A stretch of 64,000 nucleotides of DNA from Gemmatimonas sp. (GCA_965279375.1 OZ257156.1:1248001-1312000); one strand, 5' to 3'; shown: positions 28,969-39,582, numbered from the stretch's first letter. Program-made: numbers and translations. Notes: a model not told the origin generated them from the sequence alone.

Positions 28969-30219
28969 ATGATTTCCGTCATCAAGACAACAGCGCATCA
29001 TCGAGAGATTCTCGAGCGAGTCAGCGCGCTCATCGATCTCGATCCAATTCCAGATTCGGCGGAGGGGAAGGAACTGGAGATACTCACGGTGCTGCTTAAG
29101 GACTACGAAAGCAGAGAGTATCCGATCGCGCCGCCGAGTCCACTCGCAGCGATTCGCCTGCGGATGGATCAGATGGAGCTTTCGCCGAAGGACCTAATTC
29201 CGTTCTTGGGAGCGCGCAGTCGCGTCAGCGAAGTACTGGCGGGAAAACGGCCACTCTCCTTGGCAATGATTCGAGCACTCCACGAGGGGCTTCGGATTCC
29301 GCTTGAATCCCTAGTCGCGGATTCTACTGATGACGAGCCTGTTGAGGAGATTCCTTGGGATCGGTTTCCGGTTCGGGAGTTGCTGAATCGTGGATGGATG
29401 GAAGACTTCGCCGCGCCAAAAAGAAAGCGACTTGTCTTTTCTGATTTCAAGCAGGCTATGGAGGGCTATTTCCGTCCAATTGGCGGTCTCACTACCGCTC
29501 TCGGCGTTCTCCATAAAACGGATCATGTTCGCACTTCAGCTGCTTCTGATCGGTTTGCGCTGGCGGCTTGGGCTGGGCACGTCTGCAAATCGGCTCAAAT
29601 GATCAAGCTCAAGACAGCTTTCGATCCAGGTGCGTGGGGGCCAGATCAATTTCGCGAACTTCGTAGTCTAAGCCAGTATGACGTAGGGCCTCGGTTGGCC
29701 GAGCAGTTCCTTCGTGATCGTGGAATCGCGGTTGTGATCGCTCCGCACCTAAAACGCACTCGATTGGATGGCGCTGCGATGAGGAGAGGCGATGGTGCAC
29801 CAGTTATAGCGCTAACGCTACGACATGACCGCGTCGACAACTTTTGGTTTACGCTCTTTCACGAGTTGATGCACGTTCTGCTCCATTTGTCGGGAGATAA
29901 GATTTCAAGCGCGCAGCAGACAGTTTTCATTGACGATCTCGAAGTGAGCGCAGACATGTCCGAATTCGAGAGAGAAGCTGATGATGCTGCACGTGAGGCC
30001 TTGGTTCCTGAAGCATTCTGGAATCGAAGTGCCGTTCGATATGCCATCGCGCCGGCAACGGTTTCTCAGCTTGCACGCGAGATTGGTGTGTCGGATTCCA
30101 TCGTAGCTGGACGAGTACGACACGAACGGCGGAATTTCCGACTTCTCTCAGGCATGGTAGGTGCTGGACAGGTACGTCGACATTTCCCCGAGGTGAAGTG
30201 GTCGGCTGACGACGAATAA
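28969..30219 (+). CDS. HigA-type HTH fused to ImmA/IrrE Zn-peptidase
   Basis: RVSEVLAGKRPLSL HTH; FWFTLFHELMH; EREAD. Confidence 0.9.
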   Translation: MISVIKTTAHHREILERVSALIDLDPIPDSAEGKELEILTVLLKDYESREYPIAPPSPLAAIRLRMDQMELSPKDLIPFLGARSRVSEVLAGKRPLSLAMIRALHEGLRIPLESLVADSTDDEPVEEIPWDRFPVRELLNRGWMEDFAAPKRKRLVFSDFKQAMEGYFRPIGGLTTALGVLHKTDHVRTSAASDRFALAAWAGHVCKSAQMIKLKTAFDPGAWGPDQFRELRSLSQYDVGPRLAEQFLRDRGIAVVIAPHLKRTRLDGAAMRRGDGAPVIALTLRHDRVDNFWFTLFHELMHVLLHLSGDKISSAQQTVFIDDLEVSADMSEFEREADDAAREALVPEAFWNRSAVRYAIAPATVSQLAREIGVSDSIVAGRVRHERRNFRLLSGMVGAGQVRRHFPEVKWSADDE

Positions 30220-30228
30220 GGAGCTGTC

Positions 30229-31368
30229 ATGTACGTCTGGGCGATGCGCGACAAGAGGTCGGAGTGGCAAACGGTGCGATCCTTCCGCACATCGGGGCGT
30301 CTTCCGTTCTCGTTGCTGGTTGAGGCCGTGTGCGAGCCATTCGTGTCGATTCGAGGTTCCACGATTCGGACTCCCGAAAGCGTGATGAATTCTCTGGCGC
30401 AGAACCTCGTTGCTGCGGCTGCCGCGACCAGAGTGTGGGTGGATTTCGAGAATCTCGCCTTGATTCTCAAGGATCACGAAATCGCCGAGATGATCTCGCT
30501 ACTTTCCCGAAGCCTTGGCGTAGCCGCGCGCGATGTCGTTCCCGTTTTACGCACAAGCTCCGGGCCAGACACTCGACGTGCGGTACTCACTTGGTCGCAG
30601 TTGCACGGAACAGGCATCTGCATTCGAGTGGTGGGTCTTTCTCGACTAGAGGACGCGGCAGCCTCGACACGAAACGCGATCGACGACTCCAAGCATGCGC
30701 TCTCGAAGATCGACCTCGTCACAGATGCCGGGGATCTTCCGCGGGTCGTGTCTCACGCGGAACTGCGCTCAGCGCTTCCGTTCGTGGCACTCGTACGCTC
30801 CTGGTCGCATCTCGCTGGCTCGTTTCCAAGCTCCGTAACTCACCTTAGTCCAGATGAATACGAGCATTCACTCGAGCGCTCTGAATGGAGCGTGTGGAAG
30901 GAAGACGTTCTAGACGAGAGCGAGTCAGGTCGTGCTCCTGACTATGGAGATTACGCTACGCAGTCAGCGGTGTACGGAATCTCTCCGGGGTTCGCTGGCA
31001 GTCCAACTGTTCGCTACACCACCGAAACGAGTTTCAAGGTTCTTCGTGGTCGCGGAGCGGTCTCAATTGACTTCTCGCAGTTCGTCGGACACGCGCGATT
31101 TCTACAACGTCAACCGTACTTCAGGGAACAAGTAGATACGTTGGGCGATCTTTATGTCGACCGAATCGCCACTGGTACACAAAGAACTGGCAACCTTGGC
31201 ACGTGGCGGGTGGCATCGCTTCAGCGACACGTCGTGCTCGCATCAAATCAGGCGGCAGCCTTTCAATCAATTCTTAAGCAGCGGGCGCTCGCTCTCGACT
31301 CCAAGCGTATCCCGAGCATCTCCGGTCGGCAGCTCCCGGAAGCCCAATCGCCACGACGTTCGAGCTGA
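30229..31368 (+). CDS. Beta-family protein (phage P4 beta-like)
   Basis: MYV..., AGSFP, YGDYA, VRYT, GD, GN.GTWR motifs. Confidence 0.75.
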   Translation: MYVWAMRDKRSEWQTVRSFRTSGRLPFSLLVEAVCEPFVSIRGSTIRTPESVMNSLAQNLVAAAAATRVWVDFENLALILKDHEIAEMISLLSRSLGVAARDVVPVLRTSSGPDTRRAVLTWSQLHGTGICIRVVGLSRLEDAAASTRNAIDDSKHALSKIDLVTDAGDLPRVVSHAELRSALPFVALVRSWSHLAGSFPSSVTHLSPDEYEHSLERSEWSVWKEDVLDESESGRAPDYGDYATQSAVYGISPGFAGSPTVRYTTETSFKVLRGRGAVSIDFSQFVGHARFLQRQPYFREQVDTLGDLYVDRIATGTQRTGNLGTWRVASLQRHVVLASNQAAAFQSILKQRALALDSKRIPSISGRQLPEAQSPRRSS

Positions 31369-31644
31369 GACAAGCACCGATCACGGCGCGGTGGTGACGG
31401 GAATTCCTGACGCACGCGTGAGGCAGAAAGTCTGCCACCAGTTGGCTCTCCAGGTGTGAGATCGCGTCGACGAAGTCGCGATATGTCAAGCGAGTTGCCA
31501 GTCATCACTCAGCACCAACGTATTCCATTCCGTGTCTCAATGACGCATGCTGGACGGCGATAATCGTTGGGCAGTCTTGCAATGAGATACGATGATCAGC
31601 GGGCGTTCGAGGGTATCGTATCCGCCAATTTGAGCGCGAAGTCC

Positions 31645-31755
31645 GCCTAACCTTGCGTTGCTGCTGACAACGGCATCACGGAGTGCCGCCTTGCTCGCTT
31701 CGCTCGCTGGCGGCATCCTGTGATATGCCGTTGCAGCAGAACGCGAGCGTTAGGC
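31645..31755 (+). repeat. attC site (family A variant)
   Basis: GCCTAAC...GTTAGGC. Confidence 0.92.
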
Positions 31756-31786
31756 GCCAACGCGCTCCGTCTCGAAGGACATCCCC

Positions 31787-32497
31787 GTGCCTATGGCGCT
31801 CTCCGCAGCATTTCAACGCGCGCTCGATCTGAGTCTCGAGGACTTGCAGGCCCGAACGGATGTGATCGGCGTCCTGTTCTTTGGTTCCGCAGCTCGGGGC
31901 GAGGCGCAGGTCGGTTCGGATCTCGATCTCTATGCGATCACGCGCCAGGACCGTCGCGGCAATCTGGGGCGCACCGTCGGCACGGTCCCAGTCGAAGTGT
32001 CGTTCGGCTCGATCGCGCAGTGGCGCGCCCACCTCGAGCAAGAGCGCCCGGCGGTGGTGCATGCCTTCGCGACAGGCCAGCGCCTGGTCGATCAGTCCGC
32101 CGGCGCCTTGGAGGCGCTGTGCCAGGAGGCGCGGACGCTCTGGGCGCGCGGCCCGAGCCCGATCCCCGCAGCGGCCGTGCTCCGGTATCGCTTTCATCTC
32201 ACCGATGTGGTGCTCGATCTCGCAGCCATGCCGGAGCAGTCGGGGGCGACGGCGCTGCTCGCCAGTGCGGGCATGCGACAGGCCTGCGAGGCGCTGTGTG
32301 CCATCGACCGGGCCTGGCTCCCCTCGATGCGACACCTGCTAGCCACGCTCGACGCCACGCATCCCGCGCTCGCGACCCTCGGGCGGCAGTGTGCGGAGGC
32401 GGGGTTTCCGGCGACGCCTACGATCCAGTTCGTGGACGCGGTGCTCGCGCGCCTCGGTGGGCGACTCGACGCGTACGACACGACCGGGCCCGAGTAG
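31787..32497 (+). CDS. Nucleotidyltransferase-domain protein
   Basis: FGSAARG....SDLDL. Confidence 0.85.
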   Translation: MPMALSAAFQRALDLSLEDLQARTDVIGVLFFGSAARGEAQVGSDLDLYAITRQDRRGNLGRTVGTVPVEVSFGSIAQWRAHLEQERPAVVHAFATGQRLVDQSAGALEALCQEARTLWARGPSPIPAAAVLRYRFHLTDVVLDLAAMPEQSGATALLASAGMRQACEALCAIDRAWLPSMRHLLATLDATHPALATLGRQCAEAGFPATPTIQFVDAVLARLGGRLDAYDTTGPE

Positions 32498-32538
32498 GTG
32501 GCCCGCAGGGCCCGACGGCCCAATCCCCGGGCGTTGGC

Positions 32539-32649
32539 GCCTAACCTTGCGTTGCGCTTGACAGGGCCTTCAAGGAGGGCGGCCTGTTCGCTGGCGCTCA
32601 CTGGCCGCAATTTATGGCAGGGCCCTGCAAGCGAACGCGCTCGTTAGAG
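32539..32649 (+). repeat. attC site (family A)
   Basis: GCCTAAC...GTTAGAG. Confidence 0.93.
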
Positions 32650-32681
32650 AGCCCGCCGCCCCCATATCCAAACATCGGCTC

Positions 32682-33386
32682 GTGAATCTCGCGGTCTTCG
32701 ATATCGACGGCACGCTGCTCAACAATTTGGCCGGCGAAGACGCGTGCTACGCGCAGGCGTTACGCGAGCAGTTGGTGCTCGCCGACCTCGACACCGACTG
32801 GGCCAGGTACGAGCACGTGTCCGACGATGGCATCGCGACCGAGGCCTATGCGCGGGCGTATGGATGCGCCCCGACCGCCGTGCTGCGGACCGCGACCATT
32901 GATCGCTTCGTGGCGCTCCTGCGCGCGGCGCATGTGTCGTCCACGCCGCTGGTGGCCCTGCGCGGTGCGCATGAGGTGCTCACAGCGCTCCCGACGCGTG
33001 GGTGGGCGGTCGCGATGGCGACCGGGGCGTGGCGCCGCGCCGCGGAGTACAAGCTCGCGGCGGCGGGCCTGCCGGTCGCCGACGTGCCGCTGGCGACGTC
33101 GGAAGATGGTCCGGCCCGCGTCGCGATCGTTCGCAGTGCCATCGCGCGCGCGCAGGCCCAGTGGGGCGTCCCCGGGTTTGGCCGCGTGATCGCGATCGGC
33201 GATGGGGTCTGGGACGTGCGGGCGGCGCAGGCGCTCCACCTGCCGTTTGTTGGGGTAGGCGTCGGGCTATCGGTCGATCGCTTGCGCGGGGCCGGGGCAT
33301 CGCACATCATCGCGGACTACGCGGATCTTGCGGGCACGCTCCGAGTGTTCGACCAGGTGCAAGTTCCTCGCGTGGCGGCTCTCTAA
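32682..33386 (+). CDS. HAD-family hydrolase, copy 1
   Basis: FDIDGTL, ATG motif II, IGDGVWD. Confidence 0.9.
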   Translation: MNLAVFDIDGTLLNNLAGEDACYAQALREQLVLADLDTDWARYEHVSDDGIATEAYARAYGCAPTAVLRTATIDRFVALLRAAHVSSTPLVALRGAHEVLTALPTRGWAVAMATGAWRRAAEYKLAAAGLPVADVPLATSEDGPARVAIVRSAIARAQAQWGVPGFGRVIAIGDGVWDVRAAQALHLPFVGVGVGLSVDRLRGAGASHIIADYADLAGTLRVFDQVQVPRVAAL

Positions 33387-33490
33387 CCCGGCGTTGCGGC
33401 AGACAGAGCCGTCAAGGACTGCTCCCTGTTCGCTGCGCTCACTGGTCGCATCCTATTGAAGGGCCCTGCTGCCGAACGCAATCGTTAGAT
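33381..33490 (+). repeat. attC site (family A)
   Basis: CTCTAAC...GTTAGAT. Confidence 0.92.
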
Positions 33491-33530
33491 GTCAGTACGC
33501 CCAAAACAGCCCGGCGAGGAGGGATTAAGG

Positions 33531-34535
33531 GTGCGCCGCAGCCCAATCTTTTTGGCACTGCTCCTGACGGCGTGCGCCGCCCCAATGCATCGCACCAACG
33601 TGATCATTCCGAGCGGGACGGTCTCGCTCGCCGGGACCATCCTCCGTCCCGCGACTGCGGGCCGCCATCCGGCGGTGTTGCTGCTCCACGGTTCGGGCCC
33701 GGATGGGCGCTCGAATCCGTATTATGCGCAGGTGGCCGAGGCGTTCGTGCGCGGCGGCTTCGTCGTGTTGCTGTACGACAAGCGGGGCAGCGGGCAGTCG
33801 ACCGGCGATTGGCGGCGCGCGCCGTTCGACGCGCTGGTCGACGATGCCGCCGCGGCGACGCAGGTGCTCCGCCGGACGCCCGACGTCGATTCGACGCGCG
33901 TCGGCGTCTGGGGCGCGAGTGAAGGCGGGGCGATCGCCCCCGCCGTCGCGGCGCGTGTCCCGTCGCTGGCGTTCGTGATCATGCAGTCTGCGCCCGGCAG
34001 CTCGTTTGCCGCGCAGAATCTCTACCAGACGGCGGGCGAAGTCGCGGCGCTCACCCCGGACCCCACGATGCGCGAGGCGGCGATGCAGCTCCAGCGCGCG
34101 AAGCATGCGGTCGCGCGGGACGGAGCGGCCGCCTGGGCCGCCTACGCAACCGCGCGGCAGGCGGCGCTGGGTCGTCCGTATGCCGCGCTGGCCGCCCCCG
34201 CCACCCTGGACGATTGGTGGTGGGCGTGGTATCGCACGAAGCTGGACTACAGTCCGCTCCCGGCGCTGGCGCGGATCCGGTGCCCCGTGCTCGCGGTCTG
34301 GGGCGAGGCCGATCCGCTGATTCCCGTCGCCGCCAGCCACGCGGCGGTGGCGGAGGCCCGTCGGACGAGCGGTGCAGTGGGCGACTCGCTCGTGATCCTC
34401 GCCGGGGCCGATCATACGATGCGCGTGCCGGGCCTGCGCGGGTTCGTGCGCGGCGCGGGGCTCCGCCATCGGCCGGTCCACCTCAGGCTGCTGGTGGCGT
34501 GGGCGCGCGCCCGCGTGGCGGCCCCTGACACCTAA
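33531..34535 (+). CDS. Alpha/beta hydrolase, probable lipoprotein
   Basis: LLTAC lipobox; HGSG, DKRG.G.S, GASEGG, GADH. Confidence 0.88.
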   Translation: MRRSPIFLALLLTACAAPMHRTNVIIPSGTVSLAGTILRPATAGRHPAVLLLHGSGPDGRSNPYYAQVAEAFVRGGFVVLLYDKRGSGQSTGDWRRAPFDALVDDAAAATQVLRRTPDVDSTRVGVWGASEGGAIAPAVAARVPSLAFVIMQSAPGSSFAAQNLYQTAGEVAALTPDPTMREAAMQLQRAKHAVARDGAAAWAAYATARQAALGRPYAALAAPATLDDWWWAWYRTKLDYSPLPALARIRCPVLAVWGEADPLIPVAASHAAVAEARRTSGAVGDSLVILAGADHTMRVPGLRGFVRGAGLRHRPVHLRLLVAWARARVAAPDT

Positions 34536-34640
34536 CCGTGCGTTGCTGCTGACAGGGCCTTCAAGGATAGTGGCCTTGCTCGCGATGCTCGCTGGCCACA
34601 TCCTATTGAAGGGCCCTGCAGCAGAACGCGAGCGTTAGGT
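34530..34640 (+). repeat. attC site (family A)
   Basis: ACCTAAC...GTTAGGT. Confidence 0.93.
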
Positions 34641-34674
34641 AGCGCTTCGCCGACTCGAGACGCAGACTTTTCCG

Positions 34675-35451
34675 ATGCTCGTTCACACGCGTCGAATCCT
34701 GGTGATCGTACTCGGTGTCTGTCTTTGGGCGGTCGGTCTGCCGACGCGGGCACTCGCGCAGCAGGCGGCCTTGCTCGGGACCGTCTTGGAGGACTCGACC
34801 GAGCGGCCGATCGTGAATGCCGAGATCGCCATCCCCGCGCTGCAGCGTCTGGTGCGCAGCGACTCGGTGGGCAACTTCAGCCTCAGCAGCATTCCGCCCG
34901 GCGTCTACCGCGTGACGGTGCGCGCCGTCGGCCGAGCTCCGCTGCAGGAGACGATCGCGTTTGGGACGGCCGGGCGGATTGAACGCGACTACCTCCTCGC
35001 CCGCGCCACGACGACGCTCGCGCCGGTCGACGTGACCGCCGATGCGTCGGTCGACGATGTACGCTTCGCCGACTTCCACGCGCGGCGGCGCCTCGGCACG
35101 GGGCGCTTCCTCACGCAAGACCTCTTGGCGCAGGCGGACGGCCGGAAGATGGCCGATGTGCTGGCGAGTCGCATTCCCGGATTGCGGAGCGTGTCCCTGG
35201 GCGGCACCCAAGGCGTCATGGTCAGTACGCGGGGCGTCATCAGCTTCCGCAATCAGCGGTGCTATGTGAAGGTCATGGTCGACCGCATGCTCCGATACAA
35301 TGGCAGTCCCGACCCGCTCTTTGACATCAACACCCTCGATCCGGCGACGATCGCGGGGGTGGAGTACTACACCACCGCGCAGGTGCCGGCCGAGTTCAAC
35401 GGCACCGGCACGCCGTGCGGCACGCTCGTCATCTGGACGCGCCTGCGCTAG
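34675..35451 (+). CDS. Secreted carboxypeptidase-regulatory-like + TonB-plug-like protein, copy 1
   Basis: signal peptide; GTV.DS.ERPI..A; GVEYY...CGTLVIWTR. Confidence 0.85.
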   Translation: MLVHTRRILVIVLGVCLWAVGLPTRALAQQAALLGTVLEDSTERPIVNAEIAIPALQRLVRSDSVGNFSLSSIPPGVYRVTVRAVGRAPLQETIAFGTAGRIERDYLLARATTTLAPVDVTADASVDDVRFADFHARRRLGTGRFLTQDLLAQADGRKMADVLASRIPGLRSVSLGGTQGVMVSTRGVISFRNQRCYVKVMVDRMLRYNGSPDPLFDINTLDPATIAGVEYYTTAQVPAEFNGTGTPCGTLVIWTRLR

Positions 35452-35501
35452 TGTCGCGTCCTGTCGGCGCGGCCGCGGCATCACGCGACGCGACGCGCGC
35501 T

Positions 35502-35620
35502 ACCTAACCTCGCGTTGGTGCAGTCGGCCGCGCAACGGTGCGCCGTGTAACTGCGGCGCTGGCGCGCCTCCGTTCACGGCTGCCTATTTGAGCGGCCGCA
35601 GCACAACGCAATCGTTAGAT
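35502..35620 (+). repeat. attC site (family B)
   Basis: ACCTAAC...GTTAGAT. Confidence 0.93.
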
Positions 35621-36323
35621 AGTCCCACCGCACGACACCGCACACGCAGGCTCCGCTCGGGGTGTCTGTGTTCGCCCGATGCGTCGACGGCGCGCGGTGC
35701 GCGTCGATCGCCCCGCGCCGGCAAGACCGCGCCGCAGCGGTTGGCCATCGTGCGTGGCCCCGTGGGTTGATGGTGGCGCGGGGTTGCGTGCGTGCGCGCT
35801 GACCGCGTCGTCGCGTGGTCGCCGATGTCGGGATCGTGGTGGCACGTCGCGTCGGCGTCGGTCAACGCGAGGGAACGTGCATGTCGCTGCGGCGCGTCCT
35901 CGCGGGCACCACCCCGGCGGAGGTGGCCGATGTACACGTCGGGTGCGCAGGGCTTCCGGCGTGCACGTCGTCGCGTCGGGGCTCGAGTGCGTTTCATGCA
36001 TCGCGTGCGTGCGCGCGCATTGCGTAATCGCGCGAGTGCGCGAGTGCGAGTGCGCGTGGGCGTGATGGCGCGTGGGCGTGATGGCGCGTGGGCGTGATGG
36101 CGCGTGGGCCGGGGACCAGCGGGTTCGGCGAACGGAGCGCCGTCGCCTGCGCGCAACGCCGTGCGCCACGCCAGCGCCGCCAGGCGAGCCCCGCCGGCGC
36201 CGCGTGGGTCCGGGCCGCCTCGTGTCCATGCCGCGCGGCCGTTGTGCGCGTCGCTCGCGCTGGCCCACGGGCGAGGCGCGGGCGACGGCGGACGGCGCGT
36301 CCGCTTACAAACGCCCTGGGACT
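35621..36323. other. Gene-less cassette, copy 3 (most diverged)
   Basis: shares end motifs with copies 1 and 2; internal tandem repeat. Confidence 0.6.
36052..36109. repeat. Tandem repeat, 3.6 x GCGCGTGGGCGTGATG (16 bp)
   Basis: read directly. Confidence 0.9.
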
Positions 36324-36444
36324 ATCTAACCTTGCGTTGGTGCTGACGGCCGCTCAGCGGTGCGCCGTGTAACGTCGCGGGCTGGCGCCCGCTCGTTCAC
36401 GGCTTCCTATTCTGAGCGGCCGCAGCACAACGCTATCGTTAGGT
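36324..36444 (+). repeat. attC site (family B)
   Basis: ATCTAAC...GTTAGGT. Confidence 0.93.
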
Positions 36445-36476
36445 GGCCCTCCAACCCATTGCTCGGAAGCCTTGAG

Positions 36477-37031
36477 ATGGAAAGCTGGCCTGAGCCACGC
36501 CGCATCTTTCTGCACACATACAACTCACTAGTTCATCTGGCCGAGACAGTTGAGCATGGTCTTGTTGGCGTGCCCGAGAACGGCGCTGGGTCTGCGAGTA
36601 AGGCCAATCGGCTCCAGATTGATGACTGGGTACTGCTCCGCGTGACAGACCCGCTCTATCGCCCCGACCACCTAGTAATCGCGTCCCCTCTCCGAGTAAT
36701 CGGAGCCCCCTTCCGGCAATCGCGGGAACCGCGAGATGCCCCGCGTTGGCCGGACCTCCTGTGGAAAGAGGAGAGGGAAGCAGGTGTCTCTCGCTACGGC
36801 TTTCGGATTCCGGTAACGCATGTTGGCACGCCGTTTCGGCAGCTGCAAATCGCCTTTGAAGATCTCGGGAATAGCGGTATCAAGGGACGGAATCGGAAGC
36901 TTCTAGAAGTCCCGAATCAGTGGGGGATCAAGTTCGTATCCAATGTGCTGGATGCGCGCTTCGAGATCGTACGCGTTCTCGATCTGTTGAGTCGCTTCTC
37001 GAAGGACGCAGCCGGTACCGAGAACGGATGA
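36477..37031 (+). CDS. EVE/PUA-like hypothetical protein, duplicate of 9672
   Basis: identical translation. Confidence 0.6.
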   Translation: MESWPEPRRIFLHTYNSLVHLAETVEHGLVGVPENGAGSASKANRLQIDDWVLLRVTDPLYRPDHLVIASPLRVIGAPFRQSREPRDAPRWPDLLWKEEREAGVSRYGFRIPVTHVGTPFRQLQIAFEDLGNSGIKGRNRKLLEVPNQWGIKFVSNVLDARFEIVRVLDLLSRFSKDAAGTENG

Positions 37032-37216
37032 GTGCCCTACGTGTTGTCTGGTCGACCTCGGAGATGAATCAGCTATCGTGATAGGCTCGCCGGCGAGACC
37101 TAGTTCTGCACGCAGGTATTGCTGATCGGGCCCGTGTTCGTAACATCCCTGACGGCGCTGCATTTCCCGTTCGCGCGGGAACAGCTTCATCTGCGATTCC
37201 GTAGCGGGGGAGGGCC

Positions 37217-37326
37217 ACCTAACCTTGCGTTGCGGCAGACAGGGCCTTCACGGATTGCTCCCTGTTCGCTGCGCTCACTGGTCGCATCCTATTGAAGGGC
37301 CCTGCTGCCGAACGCGCTCGTTAGAG
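37217..37326 (+). repeat. attC site (family A)
   Basis: ACCTAAC...GTTAGAG. Confidence 0.93.
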
Positions 37327-37358
37327 AGCCCGCCGCCCCCATATCCAAACATCGGCTC

Positions 37359-38063
37359 GTGAATCTCGCGGTCTTCGATATCGACGGCACGCTGCTCAAC
37401 AATTTGGCCGGCGAAGACGCGTGCTACGCGCAGGCGTTACGCGAGCAGTTGGTGCTCGCCGACCTCGACACCGACTGGGCCAGGTACGAGCACGTGTCCG
37501 ACGATGGCATCGCGACCGAGGCCTATGCGCGGGCGTATGGATGCGCCCCGACCGCCGTGCTGCGGGCCGCGACCATTGATCGCTTCGTGGCGCTCCTGCG
37601 CGCGGCGCATGTGTCGTCCGCGCCGCTGGTAGCCCTGCGCGGTGCGCACGAGGTGCTCGCCGCGCTCCCGGCGCGCGGATGGGCGGTCGCGTTGGCGACC
37701 GGGGCGTGGCGCCGCGCCGCGGAGTACAAGCTCGCGGCGGCGGGCCTGCCGGTCGCCGACGTGCCGCTGGCGACGTCGGAAGATGGTCCGGCCCGCGTCG
37801 CGATCGTTCGCAGTGCCATCGCGCGCGCGCAGGCCCAGTGGGGCGTCCCCGAGTTTGCCCGCGTGGTCGCGATCGGCGATGGGGTCTGGGACGTGCGGGC
37901 GGCACAGGCGCTTCACCTGCCATTTGCTGGGGTGGGCGTCGGGCCATCGGTCGATCGCTTGCGCGGTGCCGGGGCATCGCACATCATCGCGGACTATGCG
38001 GATCTTGCGGGCACGCTCCGAGTGTTCGACCAAGTGCAAGTTCCGCGCACGGCGGCTCTCTAA
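37359..38063 (+). CDS. HAD-family hydrolase, copy 2
   Basis: FDIDGTL; paralogue of 32682. Confidence 0.9.
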   Translation: MNLAVFDIDGTLLNNLAGEDACYAQALREQLVLADLDTDWARYEHVSDDGIATEAYARAYGCAPTAVLRAATIDRFVALLRAAHVSSAPLVALRGAHEVLAALPARGWAVALATGAWRRAAEYKLAAAGLPVADVPLATSEDGPARVAIVRSAIARAQAQWGVPEFARVVAIGDGVWDVRAAQALHLPFAGVGVGPSVDRLRGAGASHIIADYADLAGTLRVFDQVQVPRTAAL

Positions 38064-38167
38064 CCTCGCGTTGCGGCAGACAGGGCCTTCAAGGACTGCT
38101 CCCTGTTCGCTGCGCTCACTGGTCGCATCCTATTGAAGGGCCCTGCTGCCGAACGCAATCGTTAGAC
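38058..38167 (+). repeat. attC site (family A)
   Basis: CTCTAAC...GTTAGAC. Confidence 0.93.
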
Positions 38168-38400
38168 GGCCAGCAGCGAGATCGGTGCATGCCGGTGCGC
38201 CCTCGCGCGAGTGACCAGCCGGTGGGCCGGCCAGGCCGATCGATCGGCAGCCCGATCCGCCTCGCCCTCCGTGGAGCGCTGTGGCGTGTGCCGGTGGCGC
38301 GGGAGTCAGGAGGCCGCGGATCGCGGCGGGCCAGACCTGCGATGCCGCCCCATGCTGTCCCAGCGGGAATCCTGGGCCTATCTTTCGTTGATCCCCACCC

Positions 38401-38637
38401 ATGCCCATGACGCCAGCCGACCTCCTCCAGCGTATCACGATCCGCCCCGAGCAATGCGGGGGCCGTCCGTGCATTCGGGGGATGCGGATCCGGGTGATCG
38501 ACGTCCTGGAGCTGTTAGCCGCCGGCGACTCGCAGGCACAAATCCTTGAGGACTATCCGTATCTCGAGGCGGACGATATCGCCGCGTGCCTGCTCTACGC
38601 GGCGCGGCGGTTGAACCATCCGAACGTCGCGGCGTAG
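38401..38637 (+). CDS. DUF433 antitoxin
   Basis: CGGRPCIRGMRIRV, YPYLEADDI. Confidence 0.92.
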   Translation: MPMTPADLLQRITIRPEQCGGRPCIRGMRIRVIDVLELLAAGDSQAQILEDYPYLEADDIAACLLYAARRLNHPNVAA

Positions 38638-38643
38638 CCGGTG

Positions 38644-39009
38644 ATGGCGGACGCGCCGACGTCCGGGATCGTCTGGGTCGACGCGCAATTGCCGCCGGCA
38701 CTGGCCCGGTGGCTTCGGCAGACCCATGGGGTGGCCGCGTGGCACGTCGAGGAGGTCGAGCAGCTCGACGCGGATGATCCGGCGATCTTCGCCGCGGCCC
38801 GGAGTGGCCGGGCCGCGATCGTGGTGACGAAGGATGACGATTTTGTCGAGCTGGTCGAGCGACTCGGTCCCCCGCCACAAGTCGTGTGGGTCACGTGTGG
38901 GAACATCAAGAACGCTGAGTTGCGGGCGATCGTCCTGGAGGCCTGGCCGCGGGTGGCGGAACTGCTCGCGAGTGGCGAGCCGTTGGTGGAACTCGGGCGT
39001 CGCACGTAG
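38644..39009 (+). CDS. DUF5615 PIN-like toxin
   Basis: WVDAQLPP, VTKDDDF, GN. Confidence 0.88.
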   Translation: MADAPTSGIVWVDAQLPPALARWLRQTHGVAAWHVEEVEQLDADDPAIFAAARSGRAAIVVTKDDDFVELVERLGPPPQVVWVTCGNIKNAELRAIVLEAWPRVAELLASGEPLVELGRRT

Positions 39010-39024
39010 ATCGCCCGACTGGCC

Positions 39025-39133
39025 GTCTAACCTTGCGTTGCGGCAGACAGGGCCTTCAAGGTAGCGGCCGATTCGCTTCGCTCACTGGCCGCAACCTATT
39101 GAAAGGCCCTGCAGCCGAACGCGAGCGTTAGAT
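39025..39133 (+). repeat. attC site (family A)
   Basis: GTCTAAC...GTTAGAT. Confidence 0.93.
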
Positions 39134-39285
39134 GGCGGCTCAAGAATTGGTGTAATCGCGAGTGCGTCGCGCGATATTGGAGATGGAGTCGTCGTGAGAT
39201 TTCGCGACGGTCGTGCTCGTGGCATCACTTCACGAGTTCTCGCGAACGCGTCCCCAACATCGTGCAGTCCATTGGGAGGTGTGCA

Positions 39286-39582
39286 ATGTCTGAGAAGCCG
39301 GGTTCGCCGCATTGGGCGGCGTCGTCGGAAGGTCGTGTCCTCCGCGTCGTCGGGGCCCTGATCGCGGGGATTGATCTGGCGATCGTGTGGTCCGATCTGC
39401 GCGCGGGACAGGCGGTGCCCTGGACCGCGTGGGCGCGTCCGCTCTGGATGGCGGCGCTCGTCCTCGGTGCGGATCCACGGTTCGCGCGGCGTTGGCCGAC
39501 GCGGCAGCCCGTGACGTGGATGGGGCTCGCCGTCTTTGGGATGCTGTACCTCGTGGTGCGTACGGCGACCCACGGCTCGTAG
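39286..39582 (+). CDS. Small 3-TM membrane protein
   Basis: GGGAGG RBS; identical copy at 61766. Confidence 0.75.
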   Translation: MSEKPGSPHWAASSEGRVLRVVGALIAGIDLAIVWSDLRAGQAVPWTAWARPLWMAALVLGADPRFARRWPTRQPVTWMGLAVFGMLYLVVRTATHGS

